Sequence record: MK327931.1
Reading direction: 5' to 3' (one strand)
DNA from: Escherichia phage vB_EcoM_G17
Length of the DNA: 64,000 nucleotides
The notes under the pieces are model-generated. The model saw nothing but the letters and a program-made list of their open reading frames with translations. It was not told the DNA's origin and did not search any database. Position 1 is the first letter of the stretch. Every line of letters begins with the position of its first letter. The position numbers and the translations under genes were made by a program. Positions 38,193 to 46,290 of the stretch are shown piece after piece.

Positions 38193-38400
38193 AATCTCTT
38201 TTTGCTTTCCTCGCCAAAAGGTACATATACGATTCTTCGTATTGTGCTTGGTAGTTTGTGTTTAAGAGTCGAAACAACTTCTGTTCTGCTAGAACTAGTT
38301 GCTTATCTTCATAACAACGGTAGCGTATCAACTTTTTGTATTCGATGTTGATTACATCCATTACTATAAGCCCATGTTCATCATCTGTCAAGTGTTTCAT
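38170..38400 (-). CDS. family B small paralog
   Basis: core LLNTNYQAQYEESYMYLL. Confidence 0.7.
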   Translation of the reverse strand: MKHLTDDEHGLIVMDVINIEYKKLIRYRCYEDKQLVLAEQKLFRLLNTNYQAQYEESYMYLLARKAKRDYENFKQR

Positions 38401-38639
38401 GCATTTTTTCTTTTTCTTATATGTTTAGTTAAAAGGTATATTAGTTTTCTGATGTATTCTTCTTGATAGTTTGTTCCTAAGAGTGCAAGAAGTTTTGCTT
38501 CAACTAAAGCTAGTTGTCGTTCTTCGAATGTGTGTTCCAGTATGTACTTGGGGTTTGATTTTTTAGCGTAAGCACTATTAGTCTTCATTACAATCTTATG
38601 ATATTCATTAGCTGTTAGGATTTTTAAATACTTGATCAT
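38397..38639 (-). CDS. family B small paralog
   Basis: core LLGTNYQEEYIRKLIYLL. Confidence 0.75.
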   Translation of the reverse strand: MIKYLKILTANEYHKIVMKTNSAYAKKSNPKYILEHTFEERQLALVEAKLLALLGTNYQEEYIRKLIYLLTKHIRKRKNA

Positions 38640-38859
38640 GTATCTTTTCCTTTATAGAGAATTTAAGATATCGAAGCATACTTTCAATGTAATACTCTTG
38701 TCTGTCAGTGCCAAGAAAGTACATGAGTTGAATGTATAAAACTTCTGCACTCCTTTCCGCTGGAGACTTGTTTGTGTCGTTTGGAAGTTGATTTGTATGT
38801 TTTCTTGATTTAATTAGTCGTTCTTTTAACTCATCGTCTGTTAAGTATTTCATTTTCAT
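38608..38859 (-). CDS. family B small paralog
   Basis: core FLGTDRQEYYIESMLRYL. Confidence 0.75.
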   Translation of the reverse strand: MKMKYLTDDELKERLIKSRKHTNQLPNDTNKSPAERSAEVLYIQLMYFLGTDRQEYYIESMLRYLKFSIKEKIHDQVFKNPNS

Positions 38860-39085
38860 TTACTTTTTCCTTAATAGTGATTTTAAGATATCTAATCATA
38901 CGTGCAACATATTCCTCTTGTCTATCAGTTCCCAGAAGATATGGTAGTGATTGGAATAATACTTCTGCACTCCTTTCTGCTGGGGTTTGGTTTAGGTCAA
39001 TTGGACGTTTATTGGTATATCTCTTGGCACGAACTAATCTCTCGACGTATTCATTATAGGTTAAGTATATCATTTCATTTTGCAT
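38831..39085 (-). CDS. family B small paralog
   Basis: core LLGTDRQEEYVARMIRYL. Confidence 0.75.
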   Translation of the reverse strand: MQNEMIYLTYNEYVERLVRAKRYTNKRPIDLNQTPAERSAEVLFQSLPYLLGTDRQEEYVARMIRYLKITIKEKVNENEILNRR

Positions 39086-39305
39086 TTACTTTTTCCTTAA
39101 TACTCATTATAAGATGTTCAATCATATTTTGAACCATAAATTCTTGTTTATCAGTTCCAAGAACGTATGGTAGCTTCTGAAACAATACATTTGCAGATAC
39201 TTCAGATATTGATTGATTTGGAACGAACTTAAGAGTAATGTTTTTGGTTTTTAACATCTTCTCTTGAAATTCTTCATTCGTTAAGTATATCATTTCATTT
39301 TGCAT
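39075..39305 (-). CDS. family B small paralog
   Basis: core VLGTDKQEFMVQNMIEHL; N-term MQNEMIYLT shared with 38831..39085. Confidence 0.75.
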   Translation of the reverse strand: MQNEMIYLTNEEFQEKMLKTKNITLKFVPNQSISEVSANVLFQKLPYVLGTDKQEFMVQNMIEHLIMSIKEKVNAK

Positions 39306-39521
39306 TTACATTCTCTCATATATATTTTGGGTTAAAAGGTCAATCCAGATTTCCACATATCGTTGTTGGTGTTGCGTCCCTAACAGTACACCCAACTTAG
39401 CTTCACACTCTAATAACAATCTGGTTTTGTATGGTAGACTTTGGAATCCTATAGTAGCATCTAATTTGGTAATTGCATAGTTGATTCGGATGAATCTTTC
39501 TTGCAATGTGATGTTGTTCAT
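39306..39521 (-). CDS. family B small paralog
   Basis: core LLGTQHQQRYVEIWIDLL. Confidence 0.75.
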   Translation of the reverse strand: MNNITLQERFIRINYAITKLDATIGFQSLPYKTRLLLECEAKLGVLLGTQHQQRYVEIWIDLLTQNIYERM

Positions 39522-39808
39522 TTCTTAGTACACCTCAGTGGTTGGGTCATTTGATAAAAGTACAGCTTACCTTTGATTTCCAGTAGTAACTCCGCGATTA
39601 AGCGATTTACTTCTGTATCTTGATAGTTTGTTCCTAAGAATACACCCATCTTTAACTCACGCATCATAATCATTTTCTTACTGTGTTGAATTTCTGGGTT
39701 GTGATAGATTGTATTACGTTTGTGCGTAATTTTTGTCATACGCTCGGTATATTCATCTTTACTTAAATTGATCATTTGCATGTTCATCAACCTCACATTT
39801 ATTTTCAA
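39518..39808 (-). CDS. family B small paralog
   Basis: core FLGTNYQDTEVNRLIAEL. Confidence 0.75.
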   Translation of the reverse strand: MKINVRLMNMQMINLSKDEYTERMTKITHKRNTIYHNPEIQHSKKMIMMRELKMGVFLGTNYQDTEVNRLIAELLLEIKGKLYFYQMTQPLRCTKK

Positions 39809-39810
39809 TA

Positions 39811-40077
39811 CTATTCTTTAGTTTGTAGATATAGTTTTCTTCCAATGTATCTCTTAAGTGCGATTATGTATTCATCTACATAATACTCCTGATAGTTTGT
39901 TCCTATGAATGCACCCACCTTTAACTCAAGTTTCATAATCATCTTATTTCCGTGTTTAATGACTTCTCCGTGATGGATTTCATTAAGTCCAGGTGCAATT
40001 TTCACCAGGCGTTCTTTATATTTTGCTTGAGATAATTTAATCATTTTCATGTTAATTACCCTTACATTTATTTTCAA
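39811..40077 (-). CDS. family B small paralog
   Basis: core FIGTNYQEYYVDEYIIAL. Confidence 0.75.
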   Translation of the reverse strand: MKINVRVINMKMIKLSQAKYKERLVKIAPGLNEIHHGEVIKHGNKMIMKLELKVGAFIGTNYQEYYVDEYIIALKRYIGRKLYLQTKE

Positions 40078-40282
40078 TACTATTCATGAGTTCTATAAGA
40101 TAGTTTTCTACCTTACCTTCCTGATAGTTAGTCCCTAGGAAGTTGCACAACACGGCTTCTATGATTTTGATTTTCCTGATATCAGGCTTCAATCTTTTGT
40201 TATTGAATATTTGAATCCTTATATCTCTGGATGCATTTAAACGTTTTTGATATTCATGGTAAGTTAAATGAATCATTTTCAT
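40052..40282 (-). CDS. family B small paralog
   Basis: core FLGTNYQEGKVENYLIEL. Confidence 0.75.
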   Translation of the reverse strand: MKMIHLTYHEYQKRLNASRDIRIQIFNNKRLKPDIRKIKIIEAVLCNFLGTNYQEGKVENYLIELMNSIENKCKGN

Positions 40283-40497
40283 TTACGTTTAACCTCTCGC
40301 TGGAGGGCATCAATTAACATCAGTACAGCATTCTCTTGATAGTTTGTTCCTAAGACTGAAAGCATCTTTATCTCATTTACTAAAATCAACTTCTTTGAGG
40401 GTTCAATAATGTGACTATCATAAACGGCCTTACGTGCTGGATAAGTTTTCGCCAGTATAACATAAAATTCGTCTTTACTTAAATTAATCATTTGCAT
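40279..40497 (-). CDS. family B small paralog
   Basis: core VLGTNYQENAVLMLIDAL. Confidence 0.75.
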   Translation of the reverse strand: MQMINLSKDEFYVILAKTYPARKAVYDSHIIEPSKKLILVNEIKMLSVLGTNYQENAVLMLIDALQREVKRK

Positions 40498-40706
40498 TTA
40501 CTTTTAACCTCTTTCTGTAGAGCGTCAATCCATAGATCTACATACATTTGTTGATAGTTTGTGCCTAAGAGTGCACCTACATAGAGTTCAGTTACTAGTG
40601 CGTGCTTAAGGTTAGCTTGGATGCTCTTATCGCTTGATATCATTCTCCTTCTGCTTCCACATGTTTTCAGGAGTCTGATGTATTCAAAGCCTTGTAAATT
40701 TCTCAT
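40488..40706 (-). CDS. family B small paralog
   Basis: core LLGTNYQQMYVDLWIDAL. Confidence 0.75.
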   Translation of the reverse strand: MRNLQGFEYIRLLKTCGSRRRMISSDKSIQANLKHALVTELYVGALLGTNYQQMYVDLWIDALQKEVKSKCK

Positions 40707-40918
40707 ATTTTGGATACCACCTTGTTACGTAAGGAACTTAATAATACGTCAGTGTAGATGTTTTGATAGTTTGTCCCTACGAATACACCCAACTTCATTT
40801 CAGCTATTATAACACATTTGTCCTCTTGTGCAATAGATTTGTTTAACACAATACTATACACTTTTGATTTGATAGTTTGTAACCTCCAATGATACTGATA
40901 CTCATTAAGGATTATCAT
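40703..40918 (-). CDS. family B small paralog
   Basis: core FVGTNYQNIYTDVLLSSL. Confidence 0.75.
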   Translation of the reverse strand: MIILNEYQYHWRLQTIKSKVYSIVLNKSIAQEDKCVIIAEMKLGVFVGTNYQNIYTDVLLSSLRNKVVSKI

Positions 40919-41165
40919 TCTCTTTCCTCCAGATTTCGGTTCTCATGTGTTGGCAGTGTGCATCAATATATTGCTCTATCGATCTGGCGATTGCTGTTTT
41001 ATCAGTGCCTGTCATCAGTACAAGCATCTCGGCCTCACAGTGAAGTAAACGCATGATATCATAGGGTAATATTTCAGATACCGTGTCATAGTGTTTCTGT
41101 GCCAGTGTCTGCAATAGTTTACAATACATTTTGTGATTTAGTCTTTGTCGCATTGTTTCTTCCAT
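40905..41165 (-). CDS. family B small paralog (divergent core)
   Basis: core-equivalent LMTGTDKTAIARSIEQYIDA. Confidence 0.6.
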   Translation of the reverse strand: MEETMRQRLNHKMYCKLLQTLAQKHYDTVSEILPYDIMRLLHCEAEMLVLMTGTDKTAIARSIEQYIDAHCQHMRTEIWRKENDNP

Positions 41166-41410
41166 TCTCTTCTGGCTTGGCGGGTTTTATCTGATATTTC
41201 GTTTCTCAATGCAGAGATATATCGTAGAGTGAACAGTTCTTGATAGTTAGTCCCTATGAATTTATTAAGATATACATCAGCGTTGACGATATCAGCTTCA
41301 CGGGAATTATAAAGTTTATTGTTAGTGCGAAGGGTGTTTAGAAGAGAGAAGAGGGCAGTCTGATACTCAGTGCTTGATAAAGTTTTCATATTTTTCCACA
41401 ATTCGTTCAT
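41138..41410 (-). CDS. family B small paralog
   Basis: core FIGTNYQELFTLRYISAL. Confidence 0.75.
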   Translation of the reverse strand: MNELWKNMKTLSSTEYQTALFSLLNTLRTNNKLYNSREADIVNADVYLNKFIGTNYQELFTLRYISALRNEISDKTRQARREWKKQCDKD

Positions 41411-41624
41411 TTAGTTTTATCTGTATAAGATCCATTAGTTGTTCAAGATAATCGGTACAATATTTCTCTTGATATTGGGTTCCCACAAAGTACAGCAACC
41501 ATAGCTCATGAACTTTAACTTTCATCTCGTTCCATGAAAGTGCATCGTCATCGTAGATTACTCTTGCTTCTGGGGTGAGCTTTCGAATTCTAAGTGAATA
41601 TTCATCGTCCGTCAAGTGTTTCAT
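41367..41624 (-). CDS. family B small paralog
   Basis: core FVGTQYQEKYCTDYLEQL. Confidence 0.75.
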   Translation of the reverse strand: MKHLTDDEYSLRIRKLTPEARVIYDDDALSWNEMKVKVHELWLLYFVGTQYQEKYCTDYLEQLMDLIQIKLNERIVEKYENFIKH

Positions 41625-41779
41625 TTACATTTATCCCTTATTAGATTTGTGAGTGCAACTATGTGTTCATGGATATAAAAATTTTGATGAGAAGTTCCAA
41701 GAAAGTACAGCATCCATCCCTCACTCTGCTCGACTTCTAGTTTAGTATCGAGTTGGTCAGATATGTTAATGAAAACCAT
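41621..41779 (-). CDS. family B small paralog (52 aa, N-terminally short)
   Basis: below track cutoff; core FLGTSHQNFYIHEHIVAL; TAATG and ATGA junctions. Confidence 0.6.
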   Translation of the reverse strand: MVFINISDQLDTKLEVEQSEGWMLYFLGTSHQNFYIHEHIVALTNLIRDKCK

Positions 41780-42036
41780 TAGTTCTTTTCCTTTCTTTCT
41801 ATTTGTTTCATAAGAACATCGATATACTCACCCGCAAACCTATTCTGATACTGCGTCCCCATGAATTCCAACATCCATACTTCAGCAACCTTTTCTTCAA
41901 TTTCAGTCCATTGTAAGTACATCATAGTGAAGTAAATGGTGTTCTCTTTTTTTCTGGCACTCTTAGCACGGGCCTCGTATTCAAAGTTATTAATGATGTT
42001 CATTACATTTGTCCATAATGTAATTCTTGAGTGCAA
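41779..42036 (-). CDS. family B small paralog
   Basis: core FMGTQYQNRFAGEYIDVL. Confidence 0.75.
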   Translation of the reverse strand: MHSRITLWTNVMNIINNFEYEARAKSARKKENTIYFTMMYLQWTEIEEKVAEVWMLEFMGTQYQNRFAGEYIDVLMKQIERKEKN

Positions 42037-42217
42037 CTATGTGTGCAATAACATACTCTTCCTGGAAGTTCGTCCCCAGTACAGCCAACATGCGTACATC
42101 GGTGGTGTTTATCTTGTGTTCCAATCGAGTTAAACCTTTTATTTGTAAAAGGGTATCGTATTTGTTTAATGCATCAATGATAATTCTCATCTTCTCAATA
42201 TTACTTAAATGTTTCAT
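41990..42217 (-). CDS. family B small paralog
   Basis: core VLGTNFQEEYVIAHIVAL. Confidence 0.75.
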   Translation of the reverse strand: MKHLSNIEKMRIIIDALNKYDTLLQIKGLTRLEHKINTTDVRMLAVLGTNFQEEYVIAHIVALKNYIMDKCNEHH

Positions 42218-42426
42218 AGTTTACTCTTAATGTAGTTCTGAAGTTCAATTAAGTATTTCCCTACATAATACTCCTGAAAGTCTGTATCCAAAAATGCACC
42301 CAAAAGTAAATCCTTCTCCATTGCCCTTGATAAGTTAAGGTCTGCATTTGAAAGGTATATAAGTAATATTTCAGTCTGGACAGAATTAAAACGTTTCTTA
42401 TATTCTTCAGGTGTTAATATAATCAT
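42214..42426 (-). CDS. family B small paralog
   Basis: core FLDTDFQEYYVGKYLIEL. Confidence 0.75.
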   Translation of the reverse strand: MIILTPEEYKKRFNSVQTEILLIYLSNADLNLSRAMEKDLLLGAFLDTDFQEYYVGKYLIELQNYIKSKL

Positions 42427-42638
42427 AATTTGCTCCTGATGTATTTCTCAAGAGATGACAAATACTTTTCCTCATAATACTCCTGATAGTCTGTTCCCAA
42501 GAATGCACCCATAAGTATTTCATTTTCCAATACCTCGGCTAAGTTTAAATCAGACGTCTCTTCGTATATTATGAGGATTTCAAGTTGTCTGGCAGCGATG
42601 CGTTCAGTATATTGATATGAGTTTTCTATAATAATCAT
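42423..42638 (-). CDS. family B small paralog
   Basis: core FLGTDYQEYYEEKYLSSL. Confidence 0.75.
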   Translation of the reverse strand: MIIIENSYQYTERIAARQLEILIIYEETSDLNLAEVLENEILMGAFLGTDYQEYYEEKYLSSLEKYIRSKL

Positions 42639-42844
42639 ATTTTACTCTTAATATCTTCTATTAAAAATCGAATCCATTCTTCAACATAATCTTCCTGATG
42701 GTTTGTGTTCAGTACAGCCAACATGCGGATCTCTGCTCTTGCAACTTCAATTTCAGTTTTAGGCAGGTCTTTGCTGATATCCACCATTAAGTCCATGTAT
42801 TTCAAGATAAGACCGTATGATTGGGTTCGTGTTATAGTTTTCAT
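42635..42844 (-). CDS. family B small paralog
   Basis: core VLNTNHQEDYVEEWIRFL. Confidence 0.75.
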   Translation of the reverse strand: MKTITRTQSYGLILKYMDLMVDISKDLPKTEIEVARAEIRMLAVLNTNHQEDYVEEWIRFLIEDIKSKI

Positions 42845-43041
42845 TGTTTCCTCGTGGACAATATTTTATTTTTCAATGTATCCATATATTGCCACACCCA
42901 TCTACCCTGATAGTTTGTTCCCAATGTAATCAAAAGGTATAACTCCATTCGTTCTACGTGTGTGTCTGTGTTGTAAATCTTTACGTAGTTTTTACGTAAC
43001 AGTGATTGATATTCTTCTTTATTTAAAATACGCATTTTCAT
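42841..43041 (-). CDS. family B small paralog
   Basis: core TLGTNYQGRWVWQYMDTL. Confidence 0.75.
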   Translation of the reverse strand: MKMRILNKEEYQSLLRKNYVKIYNTDTHVERMELYLLITLGTNYQGRWVWQYMDTLKNKILSTRKQ

Positions 43042-43235
43042 AGTTTACTCGTTATATCTTCAATTAAATACCAAATCCAATCGTTGACATACCTTTCCTG
43101 AAAGTTAGTTCCAATGAATAGTGCCATAATTAATTCACGCTTATAGGCAATACCACGGTCATGGGACTTATACATTATCATAGCCATGTTATTGATAAGT
43201 CTTTCGTGGTGCTGTTCTTTAGTTAAAATACGCAT
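43038..43235 (-). CDS. family B small paralog (first gene of the array)
   Basis: trimmed to MRILTKEQ after AAGGGAG; core FIGTNFQERYVNDWIWYL. Confidence 0.75.
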   Translation of the reverse strand: MRILTKEQHHERLINNMAMIMYKSHDRGIAYKRELIMALFIGTNFQERYVNDWIWYLIEDITSKL

Positions 43236-43265
43236 AGGGACTCCCTTAAAATTAATATCAATCAT

Positions 43266-43293
43266 ATTTTATACGATTCATATAAAAAGTCAA
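43266..43293 (-). promoter_or_regulatory. sigma70-like promoter at the head of the family B array
   Basis: -35 TTGACT (43288-93), 16-nt spacer, -10 TAAAAT (43266-71). Confidence 0.5.
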
Positions 43294-43390
43294 TAACATT
43301 TTATTCGTAATACCCCTTTATCGAAGTCGCTAAGGTTACCCGCCCTTTAGCCCCCTACGCATTTTGCCATAGTCCAATCCCTTTTATTTC

Positions 43391-43456
43391 AAAAAAGTCA
43401 AGGGATTACCTATGCATTTTTTTAACGCATAATTTTAAAAACGCCTTGACTTTTTT
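43391..43456 (-). terminator. large inverted repeat, terminator-like module boundary
   Basis: 13-bp arms AAAAAAGTCAAGG / CCTTGACTTTTTT with a ~40-nt loop; U-run after the stem on both strands. Confidence 0.5.
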
Positions 43457-43484
43457 CTGAATCAGTACTAGATCCCTTTACGCA

Positions 43485-43694
43485 TTAATCCTTCGTTACG
43501 CTAACGATTATCTGTGTATCCCCGTAGTCCTGCCATACTTCCACGCCATCGGTCGCCCTGGTTAGTCGTGCTGTCATCTGCTTAATGGTCTTAGGCTTTA
43601 GTGGAACCTGTTGCAGTACTGTACGCATAGCATCATTGACGTTATCATGTACGCCTGCAATAGTACCTAGAACGCTGTATACTGTATAGAACAT
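43485..43694 (-). CDS. hypothetical small protein
   Basis: 69-aa ORF, AGGAGGG SD. Confidence 0.7.
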   Translation of the reverse strand: MFYTVYSVLGTIAGVHDNVNDAMRTVLQQVPLKPKTIKQMTARLTRATDGVEVWQDYGDTQIIVSVTKD

Positions 43695-43762
43695 ATGTAT
43701 GCCCTCCTGATATAGTTAAGGCCGCTACAAGGCGGCCTATGATGTTTGGTGATGTGTAACGC

Positions 43763-44164
43763 TTACAGTCCTAAGATAGTGCGTGCTTCGTTACGTTCCG
43801 TACACAGCTGCATGATGTGAGCAAGTAAGTCCTTGCTAATGTATCCGGTGTTCATAGCTTCACGAATAGATACATCATACGCACCGAACCCCGTGCGAAC
43901 GATACGCACATCATTCAGGTTAGTATTATAGATACCGCCGAGATCAACGGCTTCGAATACTACATCAACAGAATATTCATTGTTGCCATCGTGGAAGTTT
44001 TCCAGTGCAATAGTATTGGATACCGCCCAACGTTTGCAGTTTCCAATGATGCGGCACTGTTCCGGTTGGATAGTACCATTACTTACAGCGTACTCCAGTG
44101 CATCTTTACCAAAAGTCCGAGCCAGTACTAAAACGTCAGCGAAGGAATTGATTGAGAAGGTCAT
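43763..44164 (-). CDS. hypothetical protein
   Basis: trimmed to MTFSINSF after AAGGAG (the track N-term runs through the leader hairpin). Confidence 0.75.
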   Translation of the reverse strand: MTFSINSFADVLVLARTFGKDALEYAVSNGTIQPEQCRIIGNCKRWAVSNTIALENFHDGNNEYSVDVVFEAVDLGGIYNTNLNDVRIVRTGFGAYDVSIREAMNTGYISKDLLAHIMQLCTERNEARTILGL

Positions 44165-44184
44165 GATAAAACTCCTTAATTTAG

Positions 44185-44246
44185 GAGGGAGAACCATTTC
44201 CCCCTCTCTATGTAAAACATTATACTTGATTCTAAGTACTATGCAA
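44185..44246 (-). promoter_or_regulatory. promoter + 5' leader hairpin cassette
   Basis: -35 TTGCAT 44241-46, 16-nt spacer, -10 TATAAT 44219-24; hairpin GAGGGGGAA/UUCUCCCUC 44185-44206. Confidence 0.75.
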
Positions 44247-44253
44247 GTACTTT

Positions 44254-44586
44254 TTACATTTTAATACCTGGATTCAGGTAGCGGTGAGATCCATATTCTG
44301 GATCGGTTTCGGTCCAGTACTGTAAATCGATAGTACCTTTCGCGTTAATCTTGTCTACCAGCTTATTCATCTTAGTGTATACTACGTCAGCATCGATGCG
44401 TTTAAAGCCAGTAGCTTTAGTGAAGTAGTAGTGATTTGCTTCACTATCATTAAGGATATACCGAGCACCGTTTGCAGTCTGTGCGATAATGATTGAGTAT
44501 TCTACTTCCCGATCCAGACCGTCGATGAATACAGATGAAACATTGGTACGGATGAAAGCTTTAACGATAGCGATTGAAGTACTCAT
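44254..44586 (-). CDS. hypothetical protein
   Basis: 110-aa ORF, AGGAG SD. Confidence 0.75.
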   Translation of the reverse strand: MSTSIAIVKAFIRTNVSSVFIDGLDREVEYSIIIAQTANGARYILNDSEANHYYFTKATGFKRIDADVVYTKMNKLVDKINAKGTIDLQYWTETDPEYGSHRYLNPGIKM

Positions 44587-44639
44587 TTTGAATCTCCTAA
44601 CTTTGTGGGCCGTCGCACCATTGCCGCCCTACGAGATAC

Positions 44640-44668
44640 ATTATTGCAGTACTGATATACTTTGTCAA
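44640..44668 (-). promoter_or_regulatory. sigma70-like promoter
   Basis: -35 TTGACA 44663-68, 17-nt spacer, -10 AATAAT 44640-45. Confidence 0.65.
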
Positions 44669-44694
44669 TACTTTTTTTATTAATAGTTTTCACC

Positions 44695-44702
44695 CCACCA
44701 GC
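44695..44702 (-). other. Chi octamer GCTGGTGG on minus strand (intergenic)
   Basis: plus strand reads CCACCAGC. Confidence 0.85.
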
Positions 44703-44737
44703 AGATAGTTACTCACCGTTATTAACTATATATTTTA

Positions 44738-44814
44738 GATACACTCCTGCACCCAGTGGGCTAGTTTTTGTCTATGCGTATATAATAGCAAAGGGACTGA
44801 CCGGAGTCAATCCC
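44738..44814 (-). repeat. terminator/promoter/box module, copy 1
   Basis: hairpin GGGACTGAC..GTCAATCCC 44793-814 carrying -35 TTGACT 44805-10; 17-nt spacer; -10 TATTAT 44782-87; box AGCCCACTGGGTGCAGGAGTGTATC 44738-62. Confidence 0.65.
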
Positions 44815-44832
44815 TTTTTTTATTCTTTTTTG

Positions 44833-45033
44833 TTAGATGATTCTCCAATCTTCTACGATCATGGTAAGATAACGGACCATCGATTCAAGTGATTCGAATT
44901 CCCGATAGTCTGCCGCTCCACCAGCGGTACAAGTACAGCCGATTAAACCATTTTGTAATTCCTTAATCTGTACATCGATAAGGTTGGCTTTAGCTTCTTT
45001 CAGTACTTCAACCAGGGCGATAGCGATAGACAT
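44833..45033 (-). CDS. hypothetical small protein
   Basis: 66-aa ORF; contains a coding Chi at 44918-25. Confidence 0.7.
   Translation of the reverse strand: MSIAIALVEVLKEAKANLIDVQIKELQNGLIGCTCTAGGAADYREFESLESMVRYLTMIVEDWRII
44918..44925 (-). other. Chi octamer on minus strand (coding, A-G-G codons)
   Basis: plus strand reads CCACCAGC. Confidence 0.85.
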
Positions 45034-45056
45034 AATGTTTTACTCCAAACTATTGA

Positions 45057-45116
45057 CGGGAGAACTATTCCCCCGCTCTATGTAAAACATTATACATTAC
45101 TGGTTAGTACTGTCAA
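45057..45116 (-). promoter_or_regulatory. promoter + 5' leader hairpin cassette
   Basis: -35 TTGACA 45111-16, 16-nt spacer, -10 TATAAT 45089-94; hairpin CGGGAGAAC..TTCCCCCG 45057-75. Confidence 0.75.
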
Positions 45117-45122
45117 ATAGTT

Positions 45123-45380
45123 TTATGAAATATCTTCGATGTAGTCGGCCCATTTCATTTTTTCAGTACTGTCAATGGCTACCGGATTATTTGGATCAAA
45201 CCATTCACCATTCCCGCAATACATACCCACGGCAACGGTTTTATATCCATCCTGTGCAGTACTCCACGACATAGCACGATAGATATGGCCTTTAACTGGT
45301 TGCAATACTGGTAATGTTTTATGGTCTTCTACGTAGGCCATAGCTTGAGGATTTACCCGATATTGTGTGAACTGTTCCAT
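45123..45380 (-). CDS. hypothetical small protein
   Basis: 85-aa ORF. Confidence 0.7.
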   Translation of the reverse strand: MEQFTQYRVNPQAMAYVEDHKTLPVLQPVKGHIYRAMSWSTAQDGYKTVAVGMYCGNGEWFDPNNPVAIDSTEKMKWADYIEDIS

Positions 45381-45408
45381 TATGTTTCCCCTTGTAGTTA
45401 GTAAAGTT

Positions 45409-45437
45409 ATTACATCAGTACTATCAAGCTATGTCAA
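45409..45437 (-). promoter_or_regulatory. sigma70-like promoter
   Basis: -35 TTGACA 45432-37, 17-nt spacer, -10 TGTAAT 45409-14. Confidence 0.6.
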
Positions 45438-45456
45438 TAGTACTGAAATAAAACTT

Positions 45457-45681
45457 TTAGATTAGATTATTGATGCCGTTGATGGTAGACTCGCTTTCTT
45501 CTTTCTCCCATTGGCGGTAGTACTTCCATGCTTCATGATATGTGGCGATTAGTTCATCTTTTTGATCCTGAGTACATGCCAGTACTGAATCACGGTGAGC
45601 GGTTTTATAGATAGAATCGAATGATTTCTTCTCTTCTGCCAGGTTAGCTACTTCCCGCATCAGTTCATCAAAGTTAGCCAT
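45457..45681 (-). CDS. hypothetical small protein
   Basis: 74-aa ORF, AGGAG SD. Confidence 0.7.
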   Translation of the reverse strand: MANFDELMREVANLAEEKKSFDSIYKTAHRDSVLACTQDQKDELIATYHEAWKYYRQWEKEESESTINGINNLI

Positions 45682-45699
45682 TTTATTACTCCTTTTAGT

Positions 45700-45756
45700 G
45701 GGGGAGGATATCTCCCCCTATGCAAAACATTATACTTTGTTTTAGTTATTATGCAA
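45700..45756 (-). promoter_or_regulatory. promoter + 5' leader hairpin cassette
   Basis: -35 TTGCAT 45751-56, 16-nt spacer, -10 TATAAT 45729-34; hairpin GGGGGAG-gatat-CTCCCCC 45700-17. Confidence 0.75.
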
Positions 45757-46012
45757 GTACTTTTTTCATATAAAGATTATATTCTACACCGCCGTAACCT
45801 TCTACGATGATATGTTTTGCGTTATCACGTTTGCACATAGTGAAACCGTTGTTGATGTGTTCTGCATTTTCCAGGGCGACATCACCGATAGCGGCACATA
45901 CGGCACTAATAACAGTATTCCGCAAAGTACTGGTATCATTAGCGGTCATAGTAGTTTGCAGTACTACGTTGTCGTATACGTGTGCATTGATAGTGATTTC
46001 GATAGTGTTCAT
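45749..46012 (-). CDS. hypothetical small protein
   Basis: 87-aa ORF. Confidence 0.7.
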   Translation of the reverse strand: MNTIEITINAHVYDNVVLQTTMTANDTSTLRNTVISAVCAAIGDVALENAEHINNGFTMCKRDNAKHIIVEGYGGVEYNLYMKKVLA

Positions 46013-46030
46013 GGTGTATCTCCTGGACTG

Positions 46031-46091
46031 GCGGGAGAACTATTCCCCCGCTCTATGTAAAACATTATACGTTAATCTAACTACAATGCAA
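46031..46091 (-). promoter_or_regulatory. promoter + 5' leader hairpin cassette
   Basis: -35 TTGCAT 46086-91, 16-nt spacer, -10 TATAAT 46064-69; hairpin 46031-51. Confidence 0.75.
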
Positions 46092-46098
46092 GTACTTT

Positions 46099-46290
46099 TT
46101 AAATTTTATTTCCGATATAGTCCGGTCTATTCTTTTCGGTCATACGCTTTGCTAATGTTTGCATATGGCTTATTGCGTTTAATGTGTCTTCCTCCAGGGA
46201 TGAATCAACATAATCAGGATCATTCTTCACCTTGCAATGATTATGATAGCGTAGTACTGCCAGTACTTTTTTAACTTCTTCTACTGTCAT
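46099..46290 (-). CDS. hypothetical small protein
   Basis: 63-aa ORF, ATGA-coupled to 46287..46559. Confidence 0.65.
   Translation of the reverse strand: MTVEEVKKVLAVLRYHNHCKVKNDPDYVDSSLEEDTLNAISHMQTLAKRMTEKNRPDYIGNKI

Noticed and set aside
35124-43265. Regular ~215-bp periodicity that could superficially suggest a CRISPR-like or satellite array
   Set aside because: The period equals the length of the family B genes. There are no short identical direct repeats separated by unique spacers. Conservation is at the protein level.
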